A stretch of 63,336 bases of DNA, filler included, from Folioceros fuciformis (lineage: Eukaryota): the NCBI GenBank assembly GCA_049999805.1. It is 4 parts of 4 records of this genome, joined end to end, with 100 filler letters (N's around TTAATTAATTAA, not from the genome) between each part and the next. Parts side by side here need not be neighbours in the genome. Positions count along the whole stretch, not along the records: positions 44,507 to 60,947 come from JBNGIO010003111.1; positions 61,048 to 63,336 come from JBNGIO010003137.1; 2 more parts are not named here. One strand, 5' to 3'. Below, piece after piece: positions 48,689-61,447 of the stretch. Below the pieces are notes generated by a model. That model saw nothing but the letters and a program-made list of their open reading frames with translations. It made no database searches and had not been told where the DNA came from. The position numbers and the translations under genes are program-made. Each line of letters starts with the position of its first letter. Positions within the stretch are counted from its first letter, which is position 1.

Positions 48689-49129
48689 GGTCTGCCATCG
48701 CTTTTGTTCTGGTGTTGTTGTGAGGATTTTAATTGATGTGGAATGGGTTTGCGATCCTCCTTGTGGTGAGGATATGCAGACGTCAGTCCATTCCAGAGTC
48801 TTCTTGTCTTTGTCGTGACTTATTCAAATTGCATCTGCGGCTCATGGGAGATGCCATTGTCGCTGGGTGCGGGACGTTCAATAGCAAATCCGGTTCCTAG
48901 TCGACTTTAATGACTTTCTTATCTTGTATTATGTGCTAATTATTATAATTACTCAGAATTGTGAAGAGTATTTTCCTCCTTTTTATATAAAAGTATATTA
49001 TTTATTATCGCTATATTCCATAAATCACGGATGTTGGAGCTAGTCCTTCCCGGCCCTGTGGGGGTCCTCCCCACTTGTTTCAGGGAGACGTATGTATGTA
49101 GGTACAACAGAATGTATGTCCTTTATGAG

Positions 49130-49783
49130 CAAGCCCTCCTGCAGAGACCTGCCTGCCTACTCCATGACATACATGGGCTGCATGAGCCTCGTTAGGTTTA
49201 GTCAGGGCCACTGCGATCTGGCTTCTGCGGCGGGCTGTGATGGCGAGCCTGAGCCTGAGCCTGAGGAGGGTTGCGTCTCCGGTGTGGCCCGCAAGGTGCA
49301 TGTCCGGCTGCTCAAGAGGTGCATGTTGGAGAGGGATTTGGTTGCTGGAAGGAATGTTGATGCTTTGTGTGTGAGGGTTCATCGGCTTTCATCGAAGTGG
49401 ACAAGAAGGTGCATGAGTTCATCGTTGGGGAGCACAGGGACCATCGCTCGTCAAAGTTGCGAAGTCTGAACTTGCAAATGCTACAGGATGGACACAGGCC
49501 GCAGATAGAGATTGCACTGAAACCAGTGTCTGACCGGGAGGAAAAAGATTCCTTGTGTGGACATGCTGAGAAGCTTGCTCCTGCATTTGGCCTCTTCAAC
49601 ACTGCAGGTGGCACAACTTTGCTCATCACTAAAAATCTGCGTATGTGCAACAATTGCCATAGCGGAATGAAGGTCTTGTCCAAGCTCGAAAAGAGGGATA
49701 TCATAGTTAGAGATGGCACACTGTGTACACCCTTTTCAGCAAGGCTTTATGTTCATGCGGAGATTGAGTCTGAGACTTCGTAA
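49130..49783 (+). pseudogene. PLS-PPR E/DYW fragment of the DYW:KP (U-to-C editing) type, frameshifted
   Basis: SAFIEVDKKVHEFIVG..KLRSLN..GH.P..LCGHAEKLA..FGL.NT..TLLITKNLRMCNNCH..SKLEKRDIIVRD. Correcting two frameshifts gives ..HCVHPFQQGLCSCGD*V*. Confidence 0.85.
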
Positions 49784-50928
49784 GCTTATCGAGGCTTGCA
49801 GATTTCTGACCAAAAAGATTTCCGCTCCCTCTTCTATCGGCCAATGAGCACTTTGGGAAGGTCCCAGAGCGGTATGGCCATTGAGGGTATATACCTTGAG
49901 ATACCCTGAAAAAAAATATGAAAGAAAACGTATCCCCCCCCTGTGTCGTCTTTGGTATGCCATATCACGTCGAGATAAGCATTCAACGTCGAAGCTCATT
50001 CTGTGTGCTGTTGCTCATCTCGACGCTGCAGCGTCCCCCCAACATGGCAACCTTCTCTTACGGCCCTCTGACAACCTTCTCCGACGGCATGACACTGTTG
50101 TTCAAACCACGCAACAATAACAACACTTTCTCCCAGCCTTACCGGCCATGGGAGAAACTAGAAAGACGAGATAACAAAATTGTGGATGTCCAACTAGGAC
50201 TCCAAAACTGCTCCCGAGCTGTTGATCGTATCCCCTCAAACTCGTTGAGTCCACCTCGACTCCCAGGCCACACGCGTCTGTCTCAAAACGGAGCTGCACG
50301 TCTCAAGAAGGTGCGAGACGCACACGGGATTTCACCTCGCCGGGAAAAAAGAATGCCAACGGAAGCTCCTGTTCCCGCTTTACCGCAGGCGTTAGCACCA
50401 AGGGGAGGTGACAGCAGTAACAAGACGTCCTTCGGGGAGCCGCGGTGAGTCGCGTTGGAGTCCACAAATCGAGATTGAGACGCGTGGGAGTCGAGGGGTG
50501 TGGATGACCCGTGTTAGGGTTAGGGTAGGAGATCGAGTAAATCAGGATAAGGCAAAGGTAAAAAAGGAAACACCGGGCTGGGTGTAGCAAGAAAGGCCGG
50601 AGCTAGATGACGAAGTTGTGTGGCCTGATGGCGGAGCGCGGCAGCTGCAACCCAGATTATAAGCGCCTGCAACCTCTGGTCGCTCAGGCCGCCGCTGCTG
50701 CCGCTGGTGTCGGTGTCGGAGAGTGCTCAGCGCCGCGGGTCGTGAATCGCGAGTGGCCGCTCGATCTAACATCCTTGAGTTGATTCGTGCGATTTCGCGG
50801 ATGTCCCGATGCTTAAATGCTTTCTGCGCCAATGGTCAGGCCACTCCCGAACGCCAAGGTCGTTGCTCCAGGCGCAGAGGATTTCGCAGGGCAAGGCGCA
50901 CCTCAACAGGGACTTCACCGTGCTCTTG

Positions 50929-52766
50929 ATGGCCTTGTCGGCCTGCTGGGCTGGTGATGCCGACTTGGAGGAGGGGAATTTGGAAAAGCTCGAGCGGCAG
51001 CACTTTAAGTCCCGGCACCAGGCCGTGGTGTCGGGGCTGGCCTACTGCGTGTCCTCCTGTTGTATGATCCTGCTCAACAAACTCGTGCTGTCGAATTATG
51101 ATTTTGGGGCTGGAATATCGCTGCTTCTCTACCAGGTACCGTTCGGGCGTAGGCTGATTCGGATGATGCATGTTTTCAGGAGTCGACTTGGCAGCGTGTC
51201 TTGTCAGCATGCCAGATTTTGAAAGTGGCTGCAGAATTTGGGTTTTGTGCTTGCAGAGCCTTATAAGTGTGCTGGCGGTATCCTTGTTGCGGCTTACTGG
51301 AAGCATCAACACAGAGCCGTTGACATGGAAACTGGTTTACATATGGTTACCTGTGAATGTCATTTTTATGGGCATGCTAGTAACTAGCATCTTCAGGTAG
51401 ACTGCTTACTGTTAGATTTTGCGTCTCAGATTGTCTGTTTTGTGTAAGGTTCTTTAGTCGTGCGTATTGACAGAGATGTATGACGTGCAGCTTGAGGCAC
51501 ATGAATGTGGCCATGGTGACAGTTCTGAAGAATGTGACTAATCTGATAACTGCGCTGGGAGAAATTTATTTTTTCAAGAAGCATCATTCTCTTCGTGTCT
51601 GGGGTGCCCTCTGCTTGATGGTATGTATGAACATTCCCTGAAGTTGGTTTGAACAAATTTGCGTGCGAGCAGCTTTGGGTTAAGTGTGGACGTCAGAGAT
51701 GACTTCCTGTGCATCCAATTGAATCCGTTCTTTTCGTGCTCTTACTGGTGTGCTCGAGTAAATTCGCACTACTGACAACTGTCTTTGGGTTTAGCAAAGT
51801 GTTGTTGGATTGGTGTTTGAAGTATATGGTTGTGCGTTAAATTGCAGGTTGTTTCTGCAATCAGCGGAGGAGTGACAGACATCGCCTTTGATTCTGTAGG
51901 CTACACTTGGCAAGTTTTCAATTGCTTCTTCACTGCAGGTTACTCGGTAATAGACGCCTCATAGAACCCCTGATTTGCAGGCACCTATGATCGGTTTCAG
52001 TGAATCTTAATTACCTGGCAGGTCCAGTGTATAATTTATTTAGAATCGGTACTTGCAGCTGACATTAAGAAAGGTGATGGACACGGCTAAGCATGCCACG
52101 CTGAACGGCTCCTTAGACGAGTTCTCTATGGTCTTGCTGAACAATCTTCTGTCCATTCCGCTTGGCCTTGTCCTGATGTTAGCCTTCAACGAGCCGGAAT
52201 ATCTTTACACCTCGTGAGTATATTGATGCTTTCCGAACGTCCACTTTGAGTGTGTTGGCCCTCTGCCGAATCTTTTACAATTTTGGATGTGTCAAAAGAG
52301 CCTACTTTCTGTATATGCTATGGCAGGCCAGTTCTGAGGATCCCTTCCTTTTGGATGGTCGCAACTCTGAGTGGTTTGTTAGGGCTTGCAATTAGCTTCA
52401 CATCCATGTGGTTTCTGCATCAGACGAGTCCCACGACCTACAGGTGAGCAGCATTTCAGAATAAGTTCTATATTCACAGTGGTGGTGGCTTGTCTTCATC
52501 ACTTCTCTGTTGACTGTTTCTTCACCTTGTGTCAGTTTGGTGGGCTCGTTGAACAAGATTCCTCTTTCCGTGGCCGGTATTATCCTCTTCCGCGTACCCA
52601 CAACCATTGCCAACCTTCTCAGCATCCTTTTCGGTACAAGCCTTCGCAATGCTTTCAACGTATGAGTTTTTTTTTTTCACCGTCCCAGAGTGTTTTTCAT
52701 GATGTGCTTTCCGTGGTAGGTCTCTCCGCTGGAGTTCTATTTGCAAGAGCTAAAGTTCAATTTTGA
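50929..52766 (+). CDS. GONST1: Golgi GDP-mannose transporter, GONST1/2-like, multi-exon
   Basis: Exons read SGLAYCVSSCCMILLNKLVLS..LLLYQ / WLPVNVIFMGML.TS / HMNVAMVTVLKNVTN / GYTWQVFNCFFTAGYS / SMVLLNNLLSIP / ISFTSMWFLHQTSPTTYS / LVGSLNKIPLS (GXLNK motif) / FARAKVQF*, with GT-AG introns. Confidence 0.92.
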
Positions 52767-53338
52767 AGCTATATCGCTCCATGGACTGGGGAGATTTCGT
52801 CCATCTCCTGGGCCAATTTGACCGAGACACAATTCTCGCTCTTGAGTAGCTTGTCCATCTGAGGTGCCCGTCGTTGTGCGGGTGACGAGTGCCAGGATGA
52901 TCATGCGGGAAACAAGCATCCTTTGTTTCGCTTTGTAATTTATAAACTCGAACAAACTGCCCTTTTTACAGTGTTCCCCGTCTCGGAGTCCGTACAACCC
53001 TAGCCCTAGACTTCAAAAACGTGAATTGTTGTAGTCGCCTCACGATCCTAATGTCTCGGCGTTTCTCGTCGCTCCGAGGGACGAACTCGACTACCATGTC
53101 GGAGCTCGAGATTGGAGGTCCCGAGATGCCCGCAGCTGGTTGCAGGAAGGTCATGGTCGACGCATTTCTCCGTCTCAGATCAAATTCAAGGCAGCCAGCC
53201 TGAATGCCATCGTCGTCATCACCCTGAATTCCATCTTTTTCACCAAGATAGGAAGCCGTTATACCAAGGAGACCTCGACAATGCTTTGACGAGGAGGCAT
53301 TTCCTGTGCTGTGCCCGAACTTTGGTTTGCTTCTCGCC

Positions 53339-54500
53339 ATGGCCAGGTCCCGCTCCCGCTCTCCCAGCCGAGGTATAGTTTGTGCTGTTTTGCTCTTGCT
53401 CCGTCTTCCCTTGAAATTGCTACTCAGAGGTAGATTGCTTACTAGCTAGCTTAAATTGTGTCTGCTGTGGCCGTGCACACACTGTCTGACCTAGTTTTGC
53501 ACCTTGTCTGTGTCTCGTCTGTTTTGCAGCTGATCGAGGCAAGGAGCGCGAGAGAGTGGGCATCCGGGATCGTGAACGGGATAGGGATAGGGAGAGAGAC
53601 AGGGAGAGAGCGCGGGAGCGAGACAGAGACAGAGGCCGTGACGGCAGGGATCGCCGCGGAGACAGGGAGAGGGACAGGGATAGAGACCGGGAGCGGGAAA
53701 GGGAACGGGACAGGGGAAGGGACAGGAGGAGAGCCCGGTCTCCGGAGAGGTCACCAGGGGATCGCCATGGCCGAGCTCGGTCACCTCGGCGGGACAGAGT
53801 TAGGGAGCGAAGCCAGGAGAGGAGCAGGGAGCGGGAGCAGGACAAGGGCGATGGCGGGAACGCGGGAAAGCACCGGGAGCGGAAAGATGAAGACGGGCAG
53901 GCAGCAATGGTGGCGGAGTTCGTGGATGAGATAGCTAGAGGCCAGAAGGAACCGGGCGGAGGGGTGGACGCCCAGGATGAGGCTCAAGCTCTGGCTCTCG
54001 CTGAAGCCCAGGCAAACGAGGAGGAGATGATGAAGAAGTTCGGGATTCCTGTCGGGTTTAGTACTACCAAGGTATACAGTCGGTCTCACTTCATCTCTGT
54101 GCTGTTTATTCCAGCTTGCATTCATGTGTGCAGAGCGTTGGAGTGTGTTGAAGAAGCTGGATTTTCGGTGCTGCTTGTGTTCACGAATGGATTGGTCATC
54201 CTCGGGTTTTGTTCATAGATGGTGGTGGTAACGGGAGCTGTGTGCTGGGTGTTCTTCAGGGCAAGTATGTCGCAGATGCAAATCACTCTGCGGTCAAGCT
54301 CACGACAAAGCGGACACCGAGGCAGTATATGAACCGGAGAGGTTTGTGTAGCAACCACCTACCATCTTTGAAAGTGGTTTATGATGTTGTTGCATAGGGA
54401 TTTAGGGCTGTCACGTCCTGCCTGCCTTTTTAACACGTTGGTTCGTTTTGTTGTTTCAGGTGGTTTCAATCGTCCTCTGCCTGCGGAGACAAATCGCTGA
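53339..54500 (+). CDS. SNRNP27: U4/U6.U5 tri-snRNP 27 kDa protein (DUF1777), four exons
   Basis: MARSRSRSP start, RD/RE/RS-rich region, then EEMMKKFGIPVGFSTTK|GKYV..KRTPRQYMNRR|GGFNRPLPAETNR*. Confidence 0.92.
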
Positions 54501-55044
54501 TGGCTGCAGCATTGTTTTCCCGGGTGACGATCCTTCTGTCTTCTCGTCGGGCATGCACAGAGAGCACAGGTTTGGATCATTTTCAGCGTTCGTTGTGCAT
54601 CTTAGAGTCAGCATGTTAGTAGTATCTTCTGACGTCGTTTGCTTTTGCTAATAGTTTACGGGTTCGTTTTGTCTCTCAGGGGGTGCCTTCGGTGGCTGAA
54701 GCGGATGAGAGACCAGCTTCATGAATGCGTAGAAGTAGTTTCGTAAATATCAGGAACAATTTGTTTAAGTTGGCAGCTCCAACTCTGGGTTGCGCTTCCA
54801 TGTAATCGGATCTGGGTCGGCAATTTTGCTAGCAGCGTTCAGCTGCTTTTGTCGCACAGATATGACGTTATCAACATCCTCAAGTAGTCTTGTTAAGCAG
54901 TCTTGGCAAGCTTCTGGTGTTCTAACACTTGCAAGGGTCGCTGTTTCAGGATACTCGTTTTCAGGCCGATAGTTCAGGGCTCTCAGTAGTCTAAGCCGAT
55001 TTCCACACTTGAAGAAGCATCCACATTCCACCTTCAACGTCGTT

Positions 55045-55144
55045 CACGAATTGGATAGCCCTGCGAAAACAGTCCAGGGGCTGTGGAATCAGACCACGAA
55101 TTGGGTAGCCCTGCGAAAACAGTCCAGGGGCTATGGAATCAGAC
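55045..55144. repeat. Tandem duplication, 50 bp x2
   Basis: cacgaattgg(a/g)tagccctgcgaaaacagtccaggggct(g/a)tggaatcagac. Confidence 0.88.
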
Positions 55145-55315
55145 ATGTTTCTTTGTTGTGACGCGGGATGACAGGCAACCAAAGAGATAACATATAAAAT
55201 ACATAAAAACTTGCGCCAAACCCTCGAGGAAGACCGGGGCAGATTTTCCCCGCGGCCTCGCGATCAGGAATTCCTAGATGCTCTTCTTGGAATCAACGTG
55301 GTTGTCCAGGCACAC

Positions 55316-58300
55316 TGTAGTGTAGATTATCCCATATTGAACTCGTAGTTATCTATCACCTAAGTGTTATCAGGATATACTAGGATATTACACCCTCGAG
55401 ACTAAGGTTTACCTTATCGAGGGTTGCCCCGCCTGAAGGCTATATATGTAGCATCCTGTGCACCATAAGTAAGGAACTGTGGAGTCCTTCTAGGCTTGTG
55501 GTGCTATTTCAAGATGGCCATTGCAACTATGGCGGGGGTTTGAGGCTATGGCCATGAGCGTGAAGGTGGTTGGCAACGCAAGCCATTGAGAGGCGCAGGA
55601 GGTGCAGCGGCGTAGGAAGCCGCAAGAGGCGCTACAGGCGCAAGAGCGCACGAGAGGCGCGAGAGGGAGAGAGACTCAGGAGGAGCAGCAACTCTGCAGG
55701 CAGGAGGAGCAGCAACTCTGCAGGCAACTAGGCCGTGGAAGCCACAGCAGGCCCGGGATTTGCGAGGAAGAAGACCTGAACTTGACGAACAGTATTTTGT
55801 TTTTTTTTGTTTTTAGAAAGCTTGAGCAAAGGCGAAGAGACAGCTGCACATTCAGGAATTGTTGAGATTTGATTGAGGCTTGTGGAATGCTGGAGCTCTA
55901 CAGCAGTGCAGGGAGTTGCAGGACAAGTGTTGGTGCGTAAAGGAGCCTGAATCATGGCTAATGTGCAGGGATCAGACAATATCTCTCAAGTCGTGGGAGA
56001 GAAGTTGGATAACAAGAATTTTGCTTTGTGGAAGTTTAGGATGAAGAACTTCTTGGTAGGTAGAGGTTGTTGGGACCTCTGCACAGGTGATGAGAGCGAA
56101 CCAGAGATGGATTGTACTCCATCACAAGAGCAAAAGACTGCTCACAAGCATTGGACTGAGAGAGCATGTAAAGTGTTACACTAGCTCTCCTTAAGCATTT
56201 CAGATGCTATGGTCATACAGATCACGGGATGTGAGTCTCCGAAGGATGCATGGGACATACTCATGAGGAACTATGGAAATGTCACACATGCTAGGAAAAT
56301 CTAGTTGAAGCAACAATTCAACAACTTGTCACGAGGTAGCAGATCCATACTCATGTATACAACAAAGGTGAAGACCATAGCTGATCAGCTTGCTACAATC
56401 GGTGCAAGTGTGACGGAAGATGACATGGCTGCAGTTACTCTGAACGGACTTGGCAAGGAGTACAAGTCCTTTGACACATCAATCTCTGTGAGAGTTGAGT
56501 TCCCAAGTTGGGATGAATTGGTTGCTTTGTTGCTGCATGAAGAAGTTAAGCTTGGTCTGAACACTGGTTCAGGTATATCTCAAGGGAGAGACATTGTTTT
56601 GTTTTCTAACCAGCGTGGGAGAGGCCACAGAGGTCGTGGTTCATTCCGAGGACGGGGTGATGCTCGGAACACGCAAAATCAGCAAGACAATTGGCGTGGA
56701 GGAAATGCGCAAGGCCAGATAGAATTTGGAAGTTTTAGAGGCGCAGGTAGAGCCACAAGAGGAAGAGATGATTCTTTTCAATCTCATGACCATTCCAATA
56801 GAGACAAGGAGTGTTACTACTGTGGTAAGGTTGGTCATATTGCTAAGGACTGCTATAAGCAGCAAGCAGACATGAGAGGAAAAGGAAGGCAGCATGGGAA
56901 CTATGCCTCCTCTACTAATGCTGGAAATGACCAGGATAGGTTGTTCGCCATGCAACATCTCTTTGAACAGGATGGGCAGAATGATGAGAGATGGTACATT
57001 GATTCAGGAGCATCAAACCACATGACTCCGCATGGCGAGTGGTTTAACAAGATGGATGCAGGTCCCCATGGTCATGTGTGTACAGGAGATGACACACAAC
57101 ATGACATAAAGCACAGAGGAATTGTTCCTCTTAGGATGCCGAATGGTCAGCAGAAGAGTTTGCAAGATGTGTTGCATGTTCCAACCATTACGAAGAACCT
57201 GTTGTCTGTTGGGCAAATGACTAAACAAAATCTGCAGGTTCGATTCAATAAAGATGGATGCTTTATTGAAGAATATGACAGAGGGCGCAAATTGATTGCT
57301 AAAGGTAGTAGGAATGGACGGATGTTCACTCTAGATGCATCCATTCCAGAGCTAAATGCAACAATGTTTGCAAATGATGCAGGTGTCATACGTGATGTTG
57401 AAATATGGCATAAGAGGATTGGGCATGTGAACATAGAGAAGCTGAAATCTATGCAATAGAAAAGCGTGGTGGAAGGATTGCCCAAGTTCAAGTATGCTGA
57501 TCTTGGTCATGTGTGTTCTGCATGTCAATTTGGAAAACAGTCAAGGTTTCCATTTATGCGACACGTGCAGAACAGCTCGAGACCTTTGCAATTGATACAC
57601 TCTGATGTATGGAGTCCTTCACAGAATGCATCGTTTGGAGGAGCCCACTACTATGTCTCCTTCATTGATGATTTCAGCAGGTACACGTGGTTGTACATAC
57701 TGAAGCATAAGGATGAAGTGTTCGAGTCTTTCAAGGACTTCAAAAAGCATGCTGAAAATGAATTCAGCTGCTCCATCTCTTATCTAAGATGAGATGGAGG
57801 GGGAGAGTATGTCTCAAATGAGTTTGACAGGTATCTTGCAGATCATGCTATACGAAGACAGTTGACTTGCAGATACACACCACAGCAGAATAGTGTTGCA
57901 GAGAGGAAGAACAGGGTAGTCATGGAAACAGCAAGGGCAATGCTGAATGAGAAGTGCTTACCTAATGATTATTGGGCAGAAGCAGTGATGACAGCAGTGT
58001 ATGTACTGAATCGAACTCCTACGGCAGGAATTCATGATGCTACACCAATTGAGAGACTGTATGGCTATAAGCCGAATATTGGGCACTTGAAAGTGTTTGG
58101 GTGCACTGCATATGTGCATGTACCTGATGAGAAGAGTAGGAAGCTGGATCCTAAAGCAGTGAAGAGTGTTTTTCTGGGGTATGCATGAAATAGGAAGGCA
58201 TATAAGTGTTATGTGCCATCCACACATGAGATCCTGACAAGCAAGGATGTGGTATTTGATGAGTTAGCCTCCTGGTATAGCAACTCAGTTGCACTACCCT

Positions 58301-59120
58301 ATGACGAACCCACAGGGGAGAGTACTGTTAAGAGTACTCCAGCAAAGAGAGAGGATGTGACCAATGGTGAATCCATGGTCTGGAAAACTGCGGAATGGTA
58401 AACCGAAGACCACTGACCCGGATATGTCAGTGAGGGGGAGAGTAGAAAGCAGCAAAACTGAAAATGAGGGATATGAATCCTCAAGTAGTGAGAGCATTGA
58501 TAGTGAGTTTGGCATTCCGTCTGTGGAAACGCCAGGTGCTAAGGAGCAACAATATGCAAGGCAGGTTCAAAATGAACCAAGACCCAGGAGATCTGAGAGG
58601 GTTAGGAAACCCATTGACAAGTACACTATACAAGCTACAATGCGCAACATTATGCGTATATGACAAGGGTTACAGCTTGTAAGGAGCCAACCAAGTTTGC
58701 TGGGGCAGTGATAGATGATAAGTGGTGTCAAGCCATAGATGAAGAATACTCAGCATTAGTTGAGAACGGAACGTGGGATTTGGTTCAATTGCCTGATGGC
58801 AAGGTTCCTATTGGTTCTAAGTGGGTGTACAAGCTGAAGTTCAAGTCAGATGGAACGCTGGAGCGTTACAAGGCTAGGTTGGTTGCAAAGGGATATGTAC
58901 AACAGTATGGTCTTGATTATGAGGAAACCTTTAGTATACTAGCCAAGATGACAACTGTAAGGACAGTCATAGCATTAGCAGCAGCTAATGACTTAAGTTA
59001 TGCAGTGGGACTGATTAGTCAATTCATGCAGAACCCAAGGAAACTGCACTTGGATGCAGTTAGAAGAATCATGAGATATGTGAAAGGAACTACTGAGTTT
59101 GGATTGCTCTATGAGCATGT
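55316..59120 (+). mobile_element. 3'-truncated Ty1/copia element (Bryco-like gag); 5' LTR approximately 55316-55491
   Basis: Gag VVGEKLDNKNFALWKFRMKNFL, CYYCGKVGH..DC, WYIDSGASNHM, integrase HSDVW..DDFSRY, RT start YKARLVAKG. A deletion joins LAAAN directly to DLSYAVGL. LTR limits are approximate. Confidence 0.88.
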
Positions 59121-60526
59121 ACAAAGTTAATCTCCAATAAATAAACATGCATGGTAAAGTACCATACTCTACCAGATTGCTTTAGGCCATAAATACACTT
59201 GAGAAGAACTAAAACTTTGTTGGGGTATTTAGGATCAATATACCCCTCAGGTTGTTGCATGAAGAGTTCCTCCTCGAGCTTGCCGTACAAATAAGCTGTG
59301 CATACATCCATTTGATGCAGATACAGATCATGTTCCGTAGCCATAGCAAGCAGCATTCTGATTGATTGAGATCTGACTACGGGGCTGAAAGTCTCTTGGT
59401 AATCTAGGCCTTCAACCTGCGTGAAGCCCCTAGCCACGAGTCTGGATTTGTAACGTGCAATCTCTCCCTTGGAGTTGAGTTTGTGCTTGAAAACCCACTT
59501 GCATGAGATGGGTTTCCTGCCAAGTGGAAAACCCACTAACTTCCATGTATTATTCTTGATCAAGGACTGATACTCATCCTCAACTGATATATGCCACTTG
59601 TCACCATTAGGGCCAGACAAGGCTTGCTTCAAGTTGATTGGCTCATCAGGGATGACAGCAGCGAGTGATGTGGAAGTGTTGCGGAAATCTATAGACTCAT
59701 ATGGGGGCTCAATCCACTCGGCTCTAGGTAGTCTATGGCGGGTGGATCTGCACAACTCGAGCTCTGGTGGAACTTCTACAACTTGTGACGACATGACATC
59801 TAGCTCTAAAACAGGTTCAGGGTCATCCTGAAGAGGGTCAGGAACTGCATCTTCCATGAAAAGTTCAGGGTGATGTGCAGGGTTGTTGTCCACAGCTAGT
59901 GCATTCATGTGTTCATGTGCCAGCTCATCTACGGGTGCATGGGCAGGTTAGACATCATGTGCATCTAAACAGGCGGAGGGTTAGTTGGCAGCTCATCATC
60001 TTGTGGATACATGGTAGGTACCTGATTAGTATCCTACTCATCATCATAATCAGCTAATGGAGCTGCTCCCTCTGCTGACGTGGCTGGTTCACCATGAGCA
60101 TAGCTAGGTTCAATGAAAGTGACACTACGAGCTAAGGTCAGAGAGTGAGTAACCGGATCATAGAGCTTGTATGCCTTGGCAGTCTCGCTGTATCCGACGA
60201 AAACAAGGCCCTTGGCTCTCATGTCAAGCTTCCTCCTCTTTTCGGAAGGGATATAAGCGAATGCCTTCGCTCCAAAAACTCGAAGATGAAGTAGGCTAGG
60301 CTTACGCTTCCAAAATACCTCATATGGTGTCCTTCCATGTACAGCACTGGTGAGCACCCGATTGAGGATGTACGTCGCAGCAACTACGGCCTTTGCCCAA
60401 TACCCTTGAGGAAGACCTGCCCAGAGCAACATACTCCTCGTCATACCTAGCAGGGTTTGGTTCTTTCACTCGGCAACTCCGTTCTGTTGTTGAGTATAGG
60501 GTACACTCAGCTGGCGCTGAATGCCA
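59121..60526 (-). mobile_element. Ty1/copia integrase-RT fragment, same clade as 12550-19109 and 33802-40428
   Basis: PYTQQQNGVAE, RSMLLWAGLP..W, WIEPPYESIDFR, YKSRLVARGF, QMDV and LKQSGRVWY. Confidence 0.9.
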
Positions 60527-60529
60527 TGT

Positions 60530-60715
60530 TGTGTCTTATGTTTCCTCTTACAGTTGGGGTTGCCGGTTTCCTCTTTCGGAAGGAGTAGTCTCTGGAAGGC
60601 TTTGCATTTCAGTATGCTTCTAGAGACTTTTCTTTCTTCATGAAGCCTTCCTAAGGCTCCTCCTTCCGGAAAATGAAACCGGCAATCGTAACTGCACAAG
60701 GAAACAAAAGACACA
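60530..60715. repeat. Imperfect long inverted repeat (~72-bp arms, ~40-bp loop)
   Basis: tgtgtcttatgtttcc..ttgccggtttc..cggaaggag..ggaaggctt pairs with aagccttcc..ctccttccg..gaaaccggcaa..ggaaacaaaagacaca. Confidence 0.85.
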
Positions 60716-60817
60716 TTGTAAGATCCTTGGACAATGTTCGCACATGCTAGACTTCAAAGGTGATCGAAGACTCACCACTAGTTGCATGCCATTACTTCTG
60801 CGACTCCAAAACGTGGA

Positions 60818-60947
60818 TAGAGGAGGGCTAGAAATTGAAACCAGAGGAGGGCGAGAAATTTGAACGAGAGGACATTGAGAAATTCAGACGAGAGGAGGGC
60901 AAGAAATTCAGACAAGAGGAAGGCGAGAAATTCGGACGAGAGGAGGG
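60818..60947. repeat. 24-bp tandem repeat, ~5.4 copies, running into the gap
   Basis: Unit agaggagggcgagaaattcagacg. Confidence 0.88.
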
Positions 60948-61047
60948 NNNNNNNNNNNNNNNNNNNNNNNNNNNNNNNNNNNNNNNNNNNNTTAATTAAT
61001 TAANNNNNNNNNNNNNNNNNNNNNNNNNNNNNNNNNNNNNNNNNNNN
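60948..61047. other. Artificial contig-joining spacer
   Basis: N-run with a central TTAATTAATTAA. Confidence 0.95.
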
Positions 61048-61447
61048 CGCTAAGGGTGCCAAGCCCCGGCCGCCCCGCTCGGGGGCCCCTGATGCGGGCA
61101 TCGGGGCGCGGATAGCCCGCCGACACCACGACGCGCCAAACCCCGCGGGTGCCGCGGTCAGCGATGCGTAGTTGGTGCGGTTGGCAAGAAGTGCTTGACG
61201 CGGTCGATATAAGCGACGCTGACGAAGACGCAAGTGCGGGCGATGCAGACGCGGGTTACTTAAGATCCCGGCCGTGAGGTGGCAAGATTTGAATCGGAGG
61301 ATTTAGGCCCGTCGAATCGGCTTGTGGACAGCCGATTTGGAACGAGATTAAGGGTAACAAAATCTACATTACATTCCGACTGGTTTCTAACTAGCATTTT
61401 GCTTGATTTGCATTGATTTTGAAACATAACATCCTCAGAGAACGTCA

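Noticed and set aside
49918-50448. 176-aa ORF between the DYW remnant and GONST
   Set aside because: No recognisable motif; lies in GC-rich promoter-proximal sequence where such ORFs arise by chance. Cannot be supported without expression data.
53420-53934. Overlapping long ORFs (SLSL- and GTG-rich) on both strands
   Set aside because: Shadow frames of the low-complexity RD/RE region of SNRNP27.
54765-55037. 90-aa minus-strand ORF downstream of SNRNP27
   Set aside because: No identifiable family and no clear start; a pseudogene fragment at best.
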